Notes under the pieces: model-generated
The model's input: only the letters and a program-made list of their open reading frames with translations
Database searches by the model: none
What the model was told of the DNA's origin: nothing
Position numbers and translations under genes: made by a program
Origin: an uncultured virus (IMG/VR IMGVR_UViG_3300042448_001291)
Taxonomy: Duplodnaviria; Heunggongvirae; Uroviricota; Caudoviricetes
Virus record (IMG/VR): IMGVR_UViG_3300042448_001291
Reading direction: 5' to 3' (one strand)
Length of the DNA stretch: 64,000 bases
In this document: in pieces, positions 40,338 through 48,100 of the stretch
How positions within the stretch are numbered: position 1 is the first letter of the stretch
Layout: the number at the start of each line of letters is the position of its first letter

Positions 40338-41516
40338 ATGGGAACATATCAAGAAAACAATAGAAATAGTTTTTATTCTAAAATAGATAAACAAGAGGAT
40401 GTAGTAGGTAGTGGAAAATATCTATTTTCATTATCTGGACAACCAAAAGTTCAACTAAGTTATACTACTTGGGTAAGCACATTATTTAAAGATTTAGAAA
40501 CAACTAAAAAAACATTAGCAAAGTTACAGGCGGCCGGTGCTAAAGAAGGTAACTGGGTTGACAGATTAATACCAACACATAAAGCGTTTTTTGGTGACGA
40601 GCAAAAGTTTATTAAAACATATGCCTGTGATTTAGAATGGGCGAAAACATTAGAGTATTGTAAAACTAGTGCCGATAGCGGTAATCAACAACAAGGAACT
40701 TTAGATGAATATGTGGGATTTTACACAGGTAAAGACGATGAAGGTAAGGATCATAGACAAGAGATAAAAATAAGTGGAACTAATTTAGTTACAAGCACAA
40801 AACATAAAGTTGCTGGTGATCTTACGATAATATTAACACCAACAGGAACTAAAGATATTTTTAGTGTTGACATACAAAATACTTATGTAAAAAGTTCAAG
40901 TGGAACTGCGACATTCACAAGAAATAAAGATGGTAAAGTTTGTAGTATTACGTCTAGTGCAAAAGTAAAACCAGTTATAGGTAAGGAACAATCAATTGAC
41001 GCGACAGCAACAAAAGAAGGTGTTAGTTGTGATGGAGCAACTCCGTCACCAGTGACACAAAATGGCGGACAACAAGGTGGTAACCAAATACAAACACAAT
41101 ATGGTGGAGATTTTCCACCATGCATAGCCAATTATGGTGGAGCAAAAGCATTTTATATTTTAACTGACAATTCAAATAAAAAAGTGTTTGGATTCTCACT
41201 AGATGAAGCCGGAGCAAATAAAATTAAAACAGATAATCCAAACAAACAGTTAGACATCTCTTTAGAAGATTGTAGATTTATGCGTGTTACCGAGGATTAT
41301 GAAGAAATGTTTAATAGAAATTCAGAAGCCCCGAGAAACAAATATTTAATTTTTAGAAAAGACGGATCTTTTATTTCTAATTCATCAGTAAAAAGAGGAA
41401 AATACATATGTACTGAGAATGGTACTAGAACTAGATTAATTGATAGAGAATCAGTTATTAACGAACAAACATTAAGGAAAAAAATTAGGGCAAAACTCTT
41501 AAAACTTATAAAATAA
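40338..41516 (+). CDS. Hypothetical protein with C-terminal INEQTLRKKIRAKLLKLIK motif
   Basis: 392-aa ORF. Confidence 0.75.
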   Translation: MGTYQENNRNSFYSKIDKQEDVVGSGKYLFSLSGQPKVQLSYTTWVSTLFKDLETTKKTLAKLQAAGAKEGNWVDRLIPTHKAFFGDEQKFIKTYACDLEWAKTLEYCKTSADSGNQQQGTLDEYVGFYTGKDDEGKDHRQEIKISGTNLVTSTKHKVAGDLTIILTPTGTKDIFSVDIQNTYVKSSSGTATFTRNKDGKVCSITSSAKVKPVIGKEQSIDATATKEGVSCDGATPSPVTQNGGQQGGNQIQTQYGGDFPPCIANYGGAKAFYILTDNSNKKVFGFSLDEAGANKIKTDNPNKQLDISLEDCRFMRVTEDYEEMFNRNSEAPRNKYLIFRKDGSFISNSSVKRGKYICTENGTRTRLIDRESVINEQTLRKKIRAKLLKLIK

Positions 41517-41530
41517 AGATATTTATTCAT

Positions 41531-41631
41531 AGAGTTTAGATGGTTTGGTCGCCGCTAAACGATAATATGATAAACGAAAAGGAGGTATTCTTAATCTCGG
41601 CAAAGGGGTCCTAAAGACCTCTTTGTTCGTT
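41531..41631 (+). ncRNA. Putative small structured RNA
   Basis: Follows TATTTAT (41520-41526) with no ORF; GTTTAG...CTAAAC hairpin and an AACGAA/TTCGTT multiloop enclosing CAAAGGGGTC/GACCTCTTTG. Confidence 0.45.
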
Positions 41632-41647
41632 AATATAGGCGCCAAAC

Positions 41648-41671
41648 AAAAAACCCATCCGAAGATGGGTT
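41648..41671 (-). terminator. Terminator downstream of tmRNA
   Basis: AACCCATC-TTCG-GATGGGTT followed by a T-run on the minus strand. Confidence 0.8.
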
Positions 41672-41675
41672 AAAG

Positions 41676-42067
41676 TGGAGATGACGGGACTCGAACCCGT
41701 GTCTTTCCTGTTCAACAATAAATGACTACACGTTTATTACAACATTGTTTCTCAATGTTCCGAAATATCAGGTTTGATGTATGTGAGAAACCTACCTGCA
41801 AACAACTTGGTCTCAGAGTTATTTTAAGAGGGCTCTGACCTGTGACCCTCATAACGGACTTCTGTTCCCAGGTTATATGTCCACCGACCCGAGGGTGGCA
41901 CCCAACTTAGTTAGGCAGCCACTTTAGAAGTTGCAAGTAAACCTGCAATTTCCATGTTGTTGTAAACGTTGCCGTTTGAATTTTTTCACCGTAGATTAAA
42001 GTCATAGATGAATTCTGACTACGTGCCATTTATCCCTGATACCTGAAATCAATTCCGTGGCATCCCC
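41676..42067 (-). ncRNA. ssrA: tmRNA; predicted tag (A)GNVYNNMEIAGLLATSKVAA
   Basis: 5' GGGGATG...GGAATTGA; 3' T-arm ACGGGTTCGAGTCCCGT and CATCTCCA with G3:U70; tag frame 41911-41973 ends in AA-stop. Confidence 0.92.
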
Positions 42068-42140
42068 AGATATGTAAATATAGATAAAAAAAGTGAGAAA
42101 TTCTCACTTTTGTTACCCCGCCTATCATTTTTAATTAAAA

Positions 42141-42320
42141 TTACTTACTCTTCTTTGCTGCTGGTTTCTTTGCTGCTGGTTTCTTTGCTTTTTTAGGTTT
42201 TTTAACTTCTTCTACCTTTGCAACTTCAACCGCTTCTTGTACTAAAACAACAGGACTTTCCTGTACCGGAGTACTTGGAGCAAATAATGACTTAACTAGA
42301 TCAATTAACTTCTTTAACAT
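42141..42320 (-). CDS. 59-aa protein with histone-H1-like KKPAAKK tail (not in ORF track)
   Basis: MLKKLIDLVKSLF...KKPKKAKKPAAKKPAAKKSK; upstream TATTTAT. Confidence 0.7.
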   Translation of the reverse strand: MLKKLIDLVKSLFAPSTPVQESPVVLVQEAVEVAKVEEVKKPKKAKKPAAKKPAAKKSK

Positions 42321-42363
42321 AATTTTGTAGATTTATATATAAATATCTTTTGATTTGCGAAAA

Positions 42364-43047
42364 TCAGCGGTCTATCCTTAGGGGTAATAAATGCCCATAT
42401 TTCGCCTCAAAAAACAGTTTATTCTTTTCCCATTGTTTATTAACCATACCAACAGATTTGTGGATCACAAGTACCTTGGTGGTTACCCCCACCTTGACTC
42501 CACTTACATAATTCGATACACAGAACGGAATATCATAAAAGTGAAAACCAGGAAATTCCTCGTCAAACCCGTTCGCAATTCGCGATTTGCAAACTGCGAA
42601 AAATAAGCCATCAACCGCAATAACTTCTTTCATATTTTCACCGTAGGTCCCTGAATAGTTATTTCTATGTACCTTACCTTGATGTTCATGTTTAACTTGA
42701 CCAAACATTGATGCTCTATCTGTCCACCACATACCATTAATTAAATTATCAGTGCCAGCAATTCCAATTATTCCAAATTCTGGATTTTTCTCAAATAATT
42801 TAATAATCTTATTAGTGACATTTGTGGTCTCAATAATAAGATCGTCGTGCATAAAAACAACAATATCATTACTACTTTCATTTAATCCTCTATTGTATAA
42901 TTGAGGTAATGAAAATTCGCCATTATTCTCATAAATTATAATCTCAGTTTTTGGATGAGAAAACATCTTACTAACATGTTTAAGGTAGTCATCATCAATT
43001 TTACGTGTTGATATGACAACACTTATAGGGTAATTATTCTTCGACAT
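42364..43047 (-). CDS. GT2-like glycosyltransferase
   Basis: YNRGLNES, VFMHDDL, VDGLFFA, FHFYD. Confidence 0.85.
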   Translation of the reverse strand: MSKNNYPISVVISTRKIDDDYLKHVSKMFSHPKTEIIIYENNGEFSLPQLYNRGLNESSNDIVVFMHDDLIIETTNVTNKIIKLFEKNPEFGIIGIAGTDNLINGMWWTDRASMFGQVKHEHQGKVHRNNYSGTYGENMKEVIAVDGLFFAVCKSRIANGFDEEFPGFHFYDIPFCVSNYVSGVKVGVTTKVLVIHKSVGMVNKQWEKNKLFFEAKYGHLLPLRIDR

Positions 43048-43783
43048 AGGTTGCTATAATTTGTCCGTCGTATTCGTTTAGATCAACAACGATTGGTTTA
43101 TTTGATGGGTTATAACCTGCGGTACAAGTTGACGCATTAACATATAATGTATCATCTAAATAAGTTACACCGTATCCTTCATGTATATGTCCAAATACGT
43201 TTAATGCTGGTTTAATACGTTCCATGTGAAACCTAAGTGATTCACAGCCAACATTTCTATTGGGTTGTCTAAAATTATTAACTAAATCTAAGACCCCATT
43301 TGGGGGGCTGTGTGTAATTAATACGTCAGTATCGTCAGGGACCATACTCCACTTTTTATCTAGTTCATCACCTAATCTTGGTAAGTTAAATGCCCAATCG
43401 TAGAACCAAGGTTGCCAAGGACTACCGTAAAATTTGATAGGTCTTGAGAACTCAGGAGTTTCAATTGTAATAAAACTATCCTCCAAATAAGTCACGTCAG
43501 ATTGTGATAAATTCTCCGGTGACATTAAATGATTTAACCAATCATAATCTCCTTTATGATGTGGTAAATTAACTCTTTCAAAACAATGGTCGTGATTACC
43601 GGCGATGAATATTTTAGAATCAAATCCTTTTATGTTTTGAAACCAATGTATAAATTCAGTAACGTCTCGTTCACCACCTCTATTCGATATATCACCAGCA
43701 TGTACTAATACGTCACCATCAGGTATTTGGTGCATCATATTGTTTTGCAAACTATGTGTATCTGATATACAAACTATTCTCAT
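43034..43783 (-). CDS. Calcineurin-like metallophosphoesterase
   Basis: ISDTH, HAGD, IAGNHD, LITHSPP, FGHIHE. Confidence 0.92.
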   Translation of the reverse strand: MRIVCISDTHSLQNNMMHQIPDGDVLVHAGDISNRGGERDVTEFIHWFQNIKGFDSKIFIAGNHDHCFERVNLPHHKGDYDWLNHLMSPENLSQSDVTYLEDSFITIETPEFSRPIKFYGSPWQPWFYDWAFNLPRLGDELDKKWSMVPDDTDVLITHSPPNGVLDLVNNFRQPNRNVGCESLRFHMERIKPALNVFGHIHEGYGVTYLDDTLYVNASTCTAGYNPSNKPIVVDLNEYDGQIIATYVEE

Positions 43784-43815
43784 AGTATTAATATAAACAT
43801 TTTATTTTAAAAGGC

Positions 43816-43844
43816 AAAAAAAAAGTCAGAATTTCTTCTGACTT
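43816..43844 (-). terminator. Terminator closing the large ncRNA
   Basis: AAGTCAGAA-GAAA-TTCTGACTT followed by a long T-run. Confidence 0.8.
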
Positions 43845-43854
43845 AATTTTTTTG

Positions 43855-44730
43855 TATAGGCCGTATGGTTTTACATACATTCACCACCACTTTGTTTTTC
43901 TAAACAAAGAAAATAAAACTCTGAGAATACAAGTTTTAACGAAACTCTTTAAAAGGATTATTTGATTCCCCTTATTTCCACTAACTTTTGATTAGTAAGT
44001 TTCAGCCACGGTCAATTAGATTAACCAATCCTTTCGTAACACCCTACTCTATTAGTACTCATCACTCATCAAATCTGCCGACCTGATTCAACCTTGCGGG
44101 TTTAGAGAACTTTCTTAAAAATCATATTGGGCTTGAGACCCTTTATGGCTGTGAACCCCTCACAACTATGTAGTGACCTATCGGACATTACGCACGAACA
44201 CTTTTTCTTTTTATGTATGATTTTTATACCAAAATAAAAATTTAGTTTCCGAATTATTCAGGTAGCGGTTCGTGACCAGCCAAATCACCTTTTGAGCGAC
44301 TCGATACTAAACTACCCGATATGACATCCCTGTCATCATATTTTTGGTTTCCTTCGAGATTAAACCCTTGGTAGGATTTATTCAAGGACACTAACAGCAC
44401 CACCTGTTTTTTGTCATACCTTCCGTCTTACGACGCTACGGTTTTAAGACCACCATTGTATTGAATTACGCAATGATATAGTCGGATAACTATACTTCTT
44501 ACATGAACTCTATGGATTATTCTTATTGATGTTCCCATCTCAACCAAACAACTCGGATTGCTTGGTCATCCAACCCTTTCGCTACGGAGTTACCCTCACT
44601 ACTTCAGGTTAAATGATATTCCACTTGTCTACTCGAGATCCATTTCTGAATCCGCAACTTATCCTAACCAAGGACTTGTCACTTTATCCCACTTTCATGG
44701 TTTATTTTGTTGACCATAGACGGCCAATAT
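43855..44730 (-). ncRNA. Large (~870 nt) structured ncRNA, GOLLD/ROOL-class candidate
   Basis: No convincing ORF; TATATTTG promoter at 44767-44774; terminator below; 5' GGCCGT(CT)ATGGT pairs with 3' ACCATACGGCC; many hairpins. Confidence 0.7.
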
Positions 44731-44809
44731 TTTTAAATCAAAGATCTATTATTGTTACTTGTTATGCAAATATAGAGAAAAGAATTGAAATAAAAAACTT
44801 TTTTTAAAA

Positions 44810-45004
44810 TTATTTCTTTTTATTTTTTTTAACTTCATAACTTCCACCCATATCATGGGTGACTTCTGGGGCCGCTTCAACTTTTTTAACACCTCTCCAC
44901 TCTTCTTTGGATACGTATTTCCATTGATTACCAACCATTTGGTTCGCTTGTTTATCATCAACTCTGATAATGCTACCCGTTTTTACATTTTTTAAACATT
45001 TCAT
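44810..45004 (-). CDS. Small basic hypothetical protein
   Basis: 64-aa ORF. Confidence 0.65.
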   Translation of the reverse strand: MKCLKNVKTGSIIRVDDKQANQMVGNQWKYVSKEEWRGVKKVEAAPEVTHDMGGSYEVKKNKKK

Positions 45005-45033
45005 TTTACAAATTTTAACTAATATAAATAAAA

Positions 45034-45495
45034 TTAAATTCTAACTAAATGGTTTGCTGCATAAGTTGTTAAAGCACCTAAATGTTTATATCTAACTTTA
45101 TACCCCATACCTTCTACTAAACCAACTGCTTGTCTTAAAACACTATTTGATTTAAATTTAGGATCTGGATTCAAATCAATATCAATCCATTTAGGTTTTG
45201 GTAAACCATTTTCTTTTAGATATTCCGCCATTTCAATAGATTTCCAAACCTCATTTAACAACCTAGATGGTGTGTTATATTCCATACCTACTGATTCGCG
45301 AGTGCACAATACATGGGCACCTTTACCTTGTGTGTACAACGCAATAACAACTCCGTAAATTGTTTTTTTGTTACCATAACATTGTGAATCAGACCCTATG
45401 AGAATCTCAACGTTCTCTCTAGTCGAGATGTATTCTCTAACATACTCAATTAAATTTGGAACCGGTGTTCCATAGAGAGTTCTAAATTGTTTCAT
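45034..45495 (-). CDS. RNase H-like YkuK/DUF458 family protein
   Basis: ILIGSDSQ, RLLNEVWKSIE, IDIDLN, AANH. Confidence 0.8.
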   Translation of the reverse strand: MKQFRTLYGTPVPNLIEYVREYISTRENVEILIGSDSQCYGNKKTIYGVVIALYTQGKGAHVLCTRESVGMEYNTPSRLLNEVWKSIEMAEYLKENGLPKPKWIDIDLNPDPKFKSNSVLRQAVGLVEGMGYKVRYKHLGALTTYAANHLVRI

Positions 45496-45522
45496 TTTAT
45501 TTCATTTAATATAGTTATTTTG

Positions 45523-45612
45523 CGGAAAGTGAGGGACTTGAACCCTCGCGCCAGTTTGACCCGACCTAGCAGTTTAGCAAACTGCCCCCTTCACCAACTT
45601 GGGTAACTTTCC
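45523..45612 (-). tRNA. tRNA-Ser(GCT), array 1
   Basis: Cloverleaf; GCAGT-TTGCTAA-ACTGC; long variable arm. Confidence 0.95.
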
Positions 45613-45613
45613 G

Positions 45614-45844
45614 TTAGAAGATTTGTTTTTCTTGTCTTCTTTTTGCTTCTTCGGCCTCCTTTACCATTCTTATCCAAGTAATAGAGACATCAATGGGCGC
45701 TAAAACCCAAGCCATCATTAATACCATAATAGAATCTAGTTCTGGTGATGTTCCGTAATCAACACCTCTGTTTCTATACTTTTTATTTAATTGATAGAAA
45801 CAATAAACAACACATAATACATAATACCCAATTAGTATACTCAT
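45614..45844 (-). CDS. Small membrane protein within tRNA array 1
   Basis: MSILIGYYVLCVV..., two hydrophobic segments. Confidence 0.65.
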   Translation of the reverse strand: MSILIGYYVLCVVYCFYQLNKKYRNRGVDYGTSPELDSIMVLMMAWVLAPIDVSITWIRMVKEAEEAKRRQEKQIF

Positions 45845-45856
45845 AATTAAAAATTT

Positions 45857-45931
45857 TGGTTGTCCCCCAGGGAATCGAACCCCACTTATCTGGACCAAAA
45901 CCAGATGTAATAACCGATATACGAGAGGACA
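45857..45931 (-). tRNA. tRNA-Gln(TTG), array 1
   Basis: TCTGG-TTTTGGT-CCAGA; encoded CCA. Confidence 0.95.
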
Positions 45932-45992
45932 AAATAATCATCATTGAGAATGTAGATTTTCACTAACTCGATTTAGCGGTCTCTTTGATGAT

Positions 45993-46067
45993 TGGAGCAG
46001 ATGAAAGGAATCGAACCTTCGTCTCCAACTTGGAAGGATGGAGTAATAACCATTATACGACATCTGC
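45993..46067 (-). tRNA. tRNA-Gly(TCC), array 1
   Basis: CCATC-CTTCCAA-GTTGG; encoded CCA. Confidence 0.95.
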
Positions 46068-46124
46068 ATTTGGTGACTGAAAAACATCTATCTTTCTTTT
46101 TGGTATTGTCACCGGATACCCATG

Positions 46125-46196
46125 AGCCCCCGCCCGGAATCGAACCGAGTTATCATGATTACAAGTCATGCGCATCGCCTGCAATGCTTAAAGGGC
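46125..46196 (-). tRNA. tRNA-Thr(TGT), array 1
   Basis: CATGA-CTTGTAA-TCATG. Confidence 0.92.
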
Positions 46197-46201
46197 TGTT
46201 G

Positions 46202-46273
46202 AGCAGTAGAGAGGAATCGAACCTCCGTCTCCACCTTGGCAAGGTGGAGTAATGACCATTATACGACTACTGC
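46202..46273 (-). tRNA. tRNA-Gly(GCC), array 1
   Basis: CCACC-TTGCCAA-GGTGG. Confidence 0.95.
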
Positions 46274-46277
46274 ATTG

Positions 46278-46350
46278 TAGAAGATGAGGGAATTGAACCC
46301 CCGACTTTTTGCATGTAAGACAAACACTCTACCAACTGAGTTAATCTTCT
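46278..46350 (-). tRNA. tRNA-Val(TAC), array 1
   Basis: TTTGT-CTTACAT-GCAAA. Confidence 0.95.
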
Positions 46351-46355
46351 ATTTG

Positions 46356-46429
46356 TGGACCAGGATGGACTCGAACCATCGACTTTCACATTATGAGTGT
46401 GCTACTCTAACCAACTGAGTTACAAGTCC
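46356..46429 (-). tRNA. tRNA-Ile2(CAT) (lysidine type; elongator Met not excluded), array 1
   Basis: CACA-CTCATAA-TGTG; G1:C72, A73; not initiator-like; two other CAT tRNAs are in array 2. Confidence 0.8.
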
Positions 46430-46432
46430 AGG

Positions 46433-46538
46433 TGCCGGAGGAAGGATTGATTACCTACACGGTGTCCATTTCGGATACACCACCCACCTAGGAAGGGAAC
46501 GTCTCAAGGTTGTACACACCTCTTTTCGCCACTCCGGC
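46433..46538 (-). ncRNA. Aberrant tRNA-Leu-like RNA (expanded D region, degenerate T loop)
   Basis: Perfect acceptor stem GCCGGAG/CTCCGGC-A; extra AGGT/ACCT hairpin; long variable arm; no TTC in the T loop. Confidence 0.55.
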
Positions 46539-46543
46539 ATGTG

Positions 46544-46700
46544 TGAGTTACGGGGGATTCGAACCCAAGAATATAATTTGTAATCTACTACGTACTCGAT
46601 TAACAACATTCTTTTTACCATAGTCATCTCCGCGGCCACAGAGTTTATAGACACCTTCAATTACTAGGAAGGTCCGGATCGCCACTCCGGAAGGTAACTC
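46544..46700 (-). ncRNA. 157-nt tRNA-like RNA with ~85-nt insertion
   Basis: Acceptor GAGTTAC/GTAACTC-A; GGGTTCGAATCCC T loop; TCCGGA/TCCGGA and CCTTC/GAAGG arms. Confidence 0.55.
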
Positions 46701-46706
46701 ATTTTG

Positions 46707-46787
46707 TGGGAGTAAGTGGACTCGAACCACTGAACTCGATGAGGGGGGATTTACAGTCCCCTGCAATTGCCGCTATGCGATACTCCC
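46707..46787 (-). tRNA. tRNA-Tyr(GTA), array 1
   Basis: GGGGA-CTGTAAA-TCCCC. Confidence 0.95.
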
Positions 46788-46833
46788 ATTCTGTACATTC
46801 CTAACCTGACGTATACATACAAACCGTTTTCCG

Positions 46834-46914
46834 TGACCAAGGAGAGATTCGAACTCTCACGTCTTTCGACATTGGTTCCTAAGACCAACGTGTCTACCAT
46901 TCCACCACTCGGCC
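46834..46914 (-). tRNA. tRNA-Leu(TAG), array 1
   Basis: TTGGT-CTTAGGA-ACCAA; long variable arm. Confidence 0.95.
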
Positions 46915-46919
46915 ATTTG

Positions 46920-46991
46920 CGTCCCTACCTGGATTCGAACCAAGAATAATTGATTAACAGTCAAACGTGATCACCATTTCACCATAGAGAC
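46920..46991 (-). tRNA. tRNA-Asn(GTT), array 1
   Basis: TTGA-CTGTTAA-TCAA. Confidence 0.92.
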
Positions 46992-46998
46992 ATTTTTG

Positions 46999-47072
46999 TC
47001 GAGATAGCAGGATTCGAACCTACGGCCTCTTGCTCCCAAAGCAAGCGCGATACCGGACTACGCTATATCTCG
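46999..47072 (-). tRNA. tRNA-Pro(TGG), array 1
   Basis: CTTGC-TTTGGGA-GCAAG. Confidence 0.95.
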
Positions 47073-47079
47073 ATGATTG

Positions 47080-47151
47080 TAGACCCACGTGGACTCGAAC
47101 CACGAATATCTCATTAGAAGTGAGAAGTTATATCCCTTTAACTATGGATCC
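47080..47151 (-). tRNA. tRNA-Arg(TCT), array 1
   Basis: TCTCA-CTTCTAA-TGAGA. Confidence 0.95.
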
Positions 47152-47159
47152 AATTGCTG

Positions 47160-47246
47160 TGCCCCAGGCGGGAATCGAACCCGCACGAACATTTACGGTT
47201 CACGGGATTTTAAGTCCCGCGCGTCTACCAGTTCCGCCACCAGGGC
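47160..47246 (-). tRNA. tRNA-Leu(TAA), first gene of array 1
   Basis: CGGGA-CTTAAAA-TCCCG; long variable arm. Confidence 0.95.
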
Positions 47247-47302
47247 AATTTTACACAATATGTCAAAGATCTAACTAATATAGGAAATAAACCCAAGAAA
47301 AC

Positions 47303-47335
47303 AAAAAACCCGAACTTTTTTTAAGGTTCGGGTTT
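47303..47335 (-). terminator. Attenuator terminator upstream of tRNA array 1
   Basis: AAACCCGAAC-CTTAAAAAAA-GTTCGGGTTT followed by TTTGTTTT. Confidence 0.85.
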
Positions 47336-47365
47336 CGATATTTTGATGTTTTAAATCCTAATTTC

Positions 47366-47464
47366 TCACAACTCCGAACTTGATACACATAACTGCACAC
47401 CATACCCGTTACCATTGTTACCCGGTCTACTCGTAAGCGTCAATATGTTATTTAAATTCTTCAT
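47366..47464 (-). CDS. 32-aa leader peptide of tRNA array 1: MKNLNNILTLTSRPGNNGNGYGVQLCVSSSEL
   Basis: ATG..TGA between promoter and terminator; codons 3-25 all match array-1 anticodons. Confidence 0.85.
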   Translation of the reverse strand: MKNLNNILTLTSRPGNNGNGYGVQLCVSSSEL

Positions 47465-47482
47465 CGTTATTATAAGTATATG

Positions 47483-47513
47483 CAAATATATAAAAGTTTT
47501 TTGAAAAAACAAC
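47483..47513 (-). promoter_or_regulatory. Bacteroidetes-type sigma promoter for leader 1
   Basis: GTTG-19 nt-TATATTTG (consensus TTTG-19..21-TAnnTTTG). Confidence 0.7.
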
Positions 47514-47578
47514 TATATTGAAAAAATTTGTTTAATAATTAAGAAATATTCTTTATATTGCATTATAAAATCTTAATT

Positions 47579-48100
47579 ATGAATCTAAGAGAAGCCACTG
47601 CGGAATTACATAGTAAAGCAGAAAAAATGGAATTTAACCAAAAAATGTTTAGAGGTGAATTGAGTAAGAAAGAGTACTTACATTACCTTATCCAACAATC
47701 AGTAATATTTCAATGTATTGAGGAACACACATTACCACAAATAACACCTGAATTAAAAAGATTAAAAAATGTCTTTGAGGATATTCAAGAGTTACAAAAA
47801 GATGTAAGAGATAAATTGCCAGGATTAGAATCAACAAAAAAATATGGTATCTATTTGGAATCATTAAAAGGAGAAAAAGTTCTTGCTCATGTTTATTTAA
47901 ATTACTTAGCGTTGGTTTTTGGTGGCCAAATGATGAAATCTAAAGTTCCTGGTAATGGTAAAATGTATATGTTTGAGAATGTTCAAGAAGTAATTCAAAA
48001 TGTGAGAGGATTTCAAACTGATGACATGGCTGAAGAAGTAAATAAAGGTTTTAATTTTATAATTGATATATTAGATGAATTACAAAAAAACGCTGGATAG
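47579..48100 (+). CDS. Heme oxygenase (HemO/Ho1-like)
   Basis: LREATAELHSKAE proximal His; LAHVYLNYLALVFGGQMMK distal helix. Confidence 0.88.
   Translation: MNLREATAELHSKAEKMEFNQKMFRGELSKKEYLHYLIQQSVIFQCIEEHTLPQITPELKRLKNVFEDIQELQKDVRDKLPGLESTKKYGIYLESLKGEKVLAHVYLNYLALVFGGQMMKSKVPGNGKMYMFENVQEVIQNVRGFQTDDMAEEVNKGFNFIIDILDELQKNAG

Noticed and set aside
184..41530. Numerous antisense or alternate-frame ORFs within long genes (e.g. 2044, 4811, 5784, 18322, 20520, 38238, 40883)
   Set aside because: They lie opposite well-supported genes and lack their own promoter motif or recognisable domain.
44613..44961. Small ORFs 44613..44807 and 44755..44961
   Set aside because: They overlap the large ncRNA, its promoter or the better-supported 44810..45004 gene.
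46433..46538. Amber suppressor tRNA(CTA)
   Set aside because: The anticodon stem has only 3 pairs, there is no U33 and the T loop is degenerate; kept only as a tRNA-like RNA.
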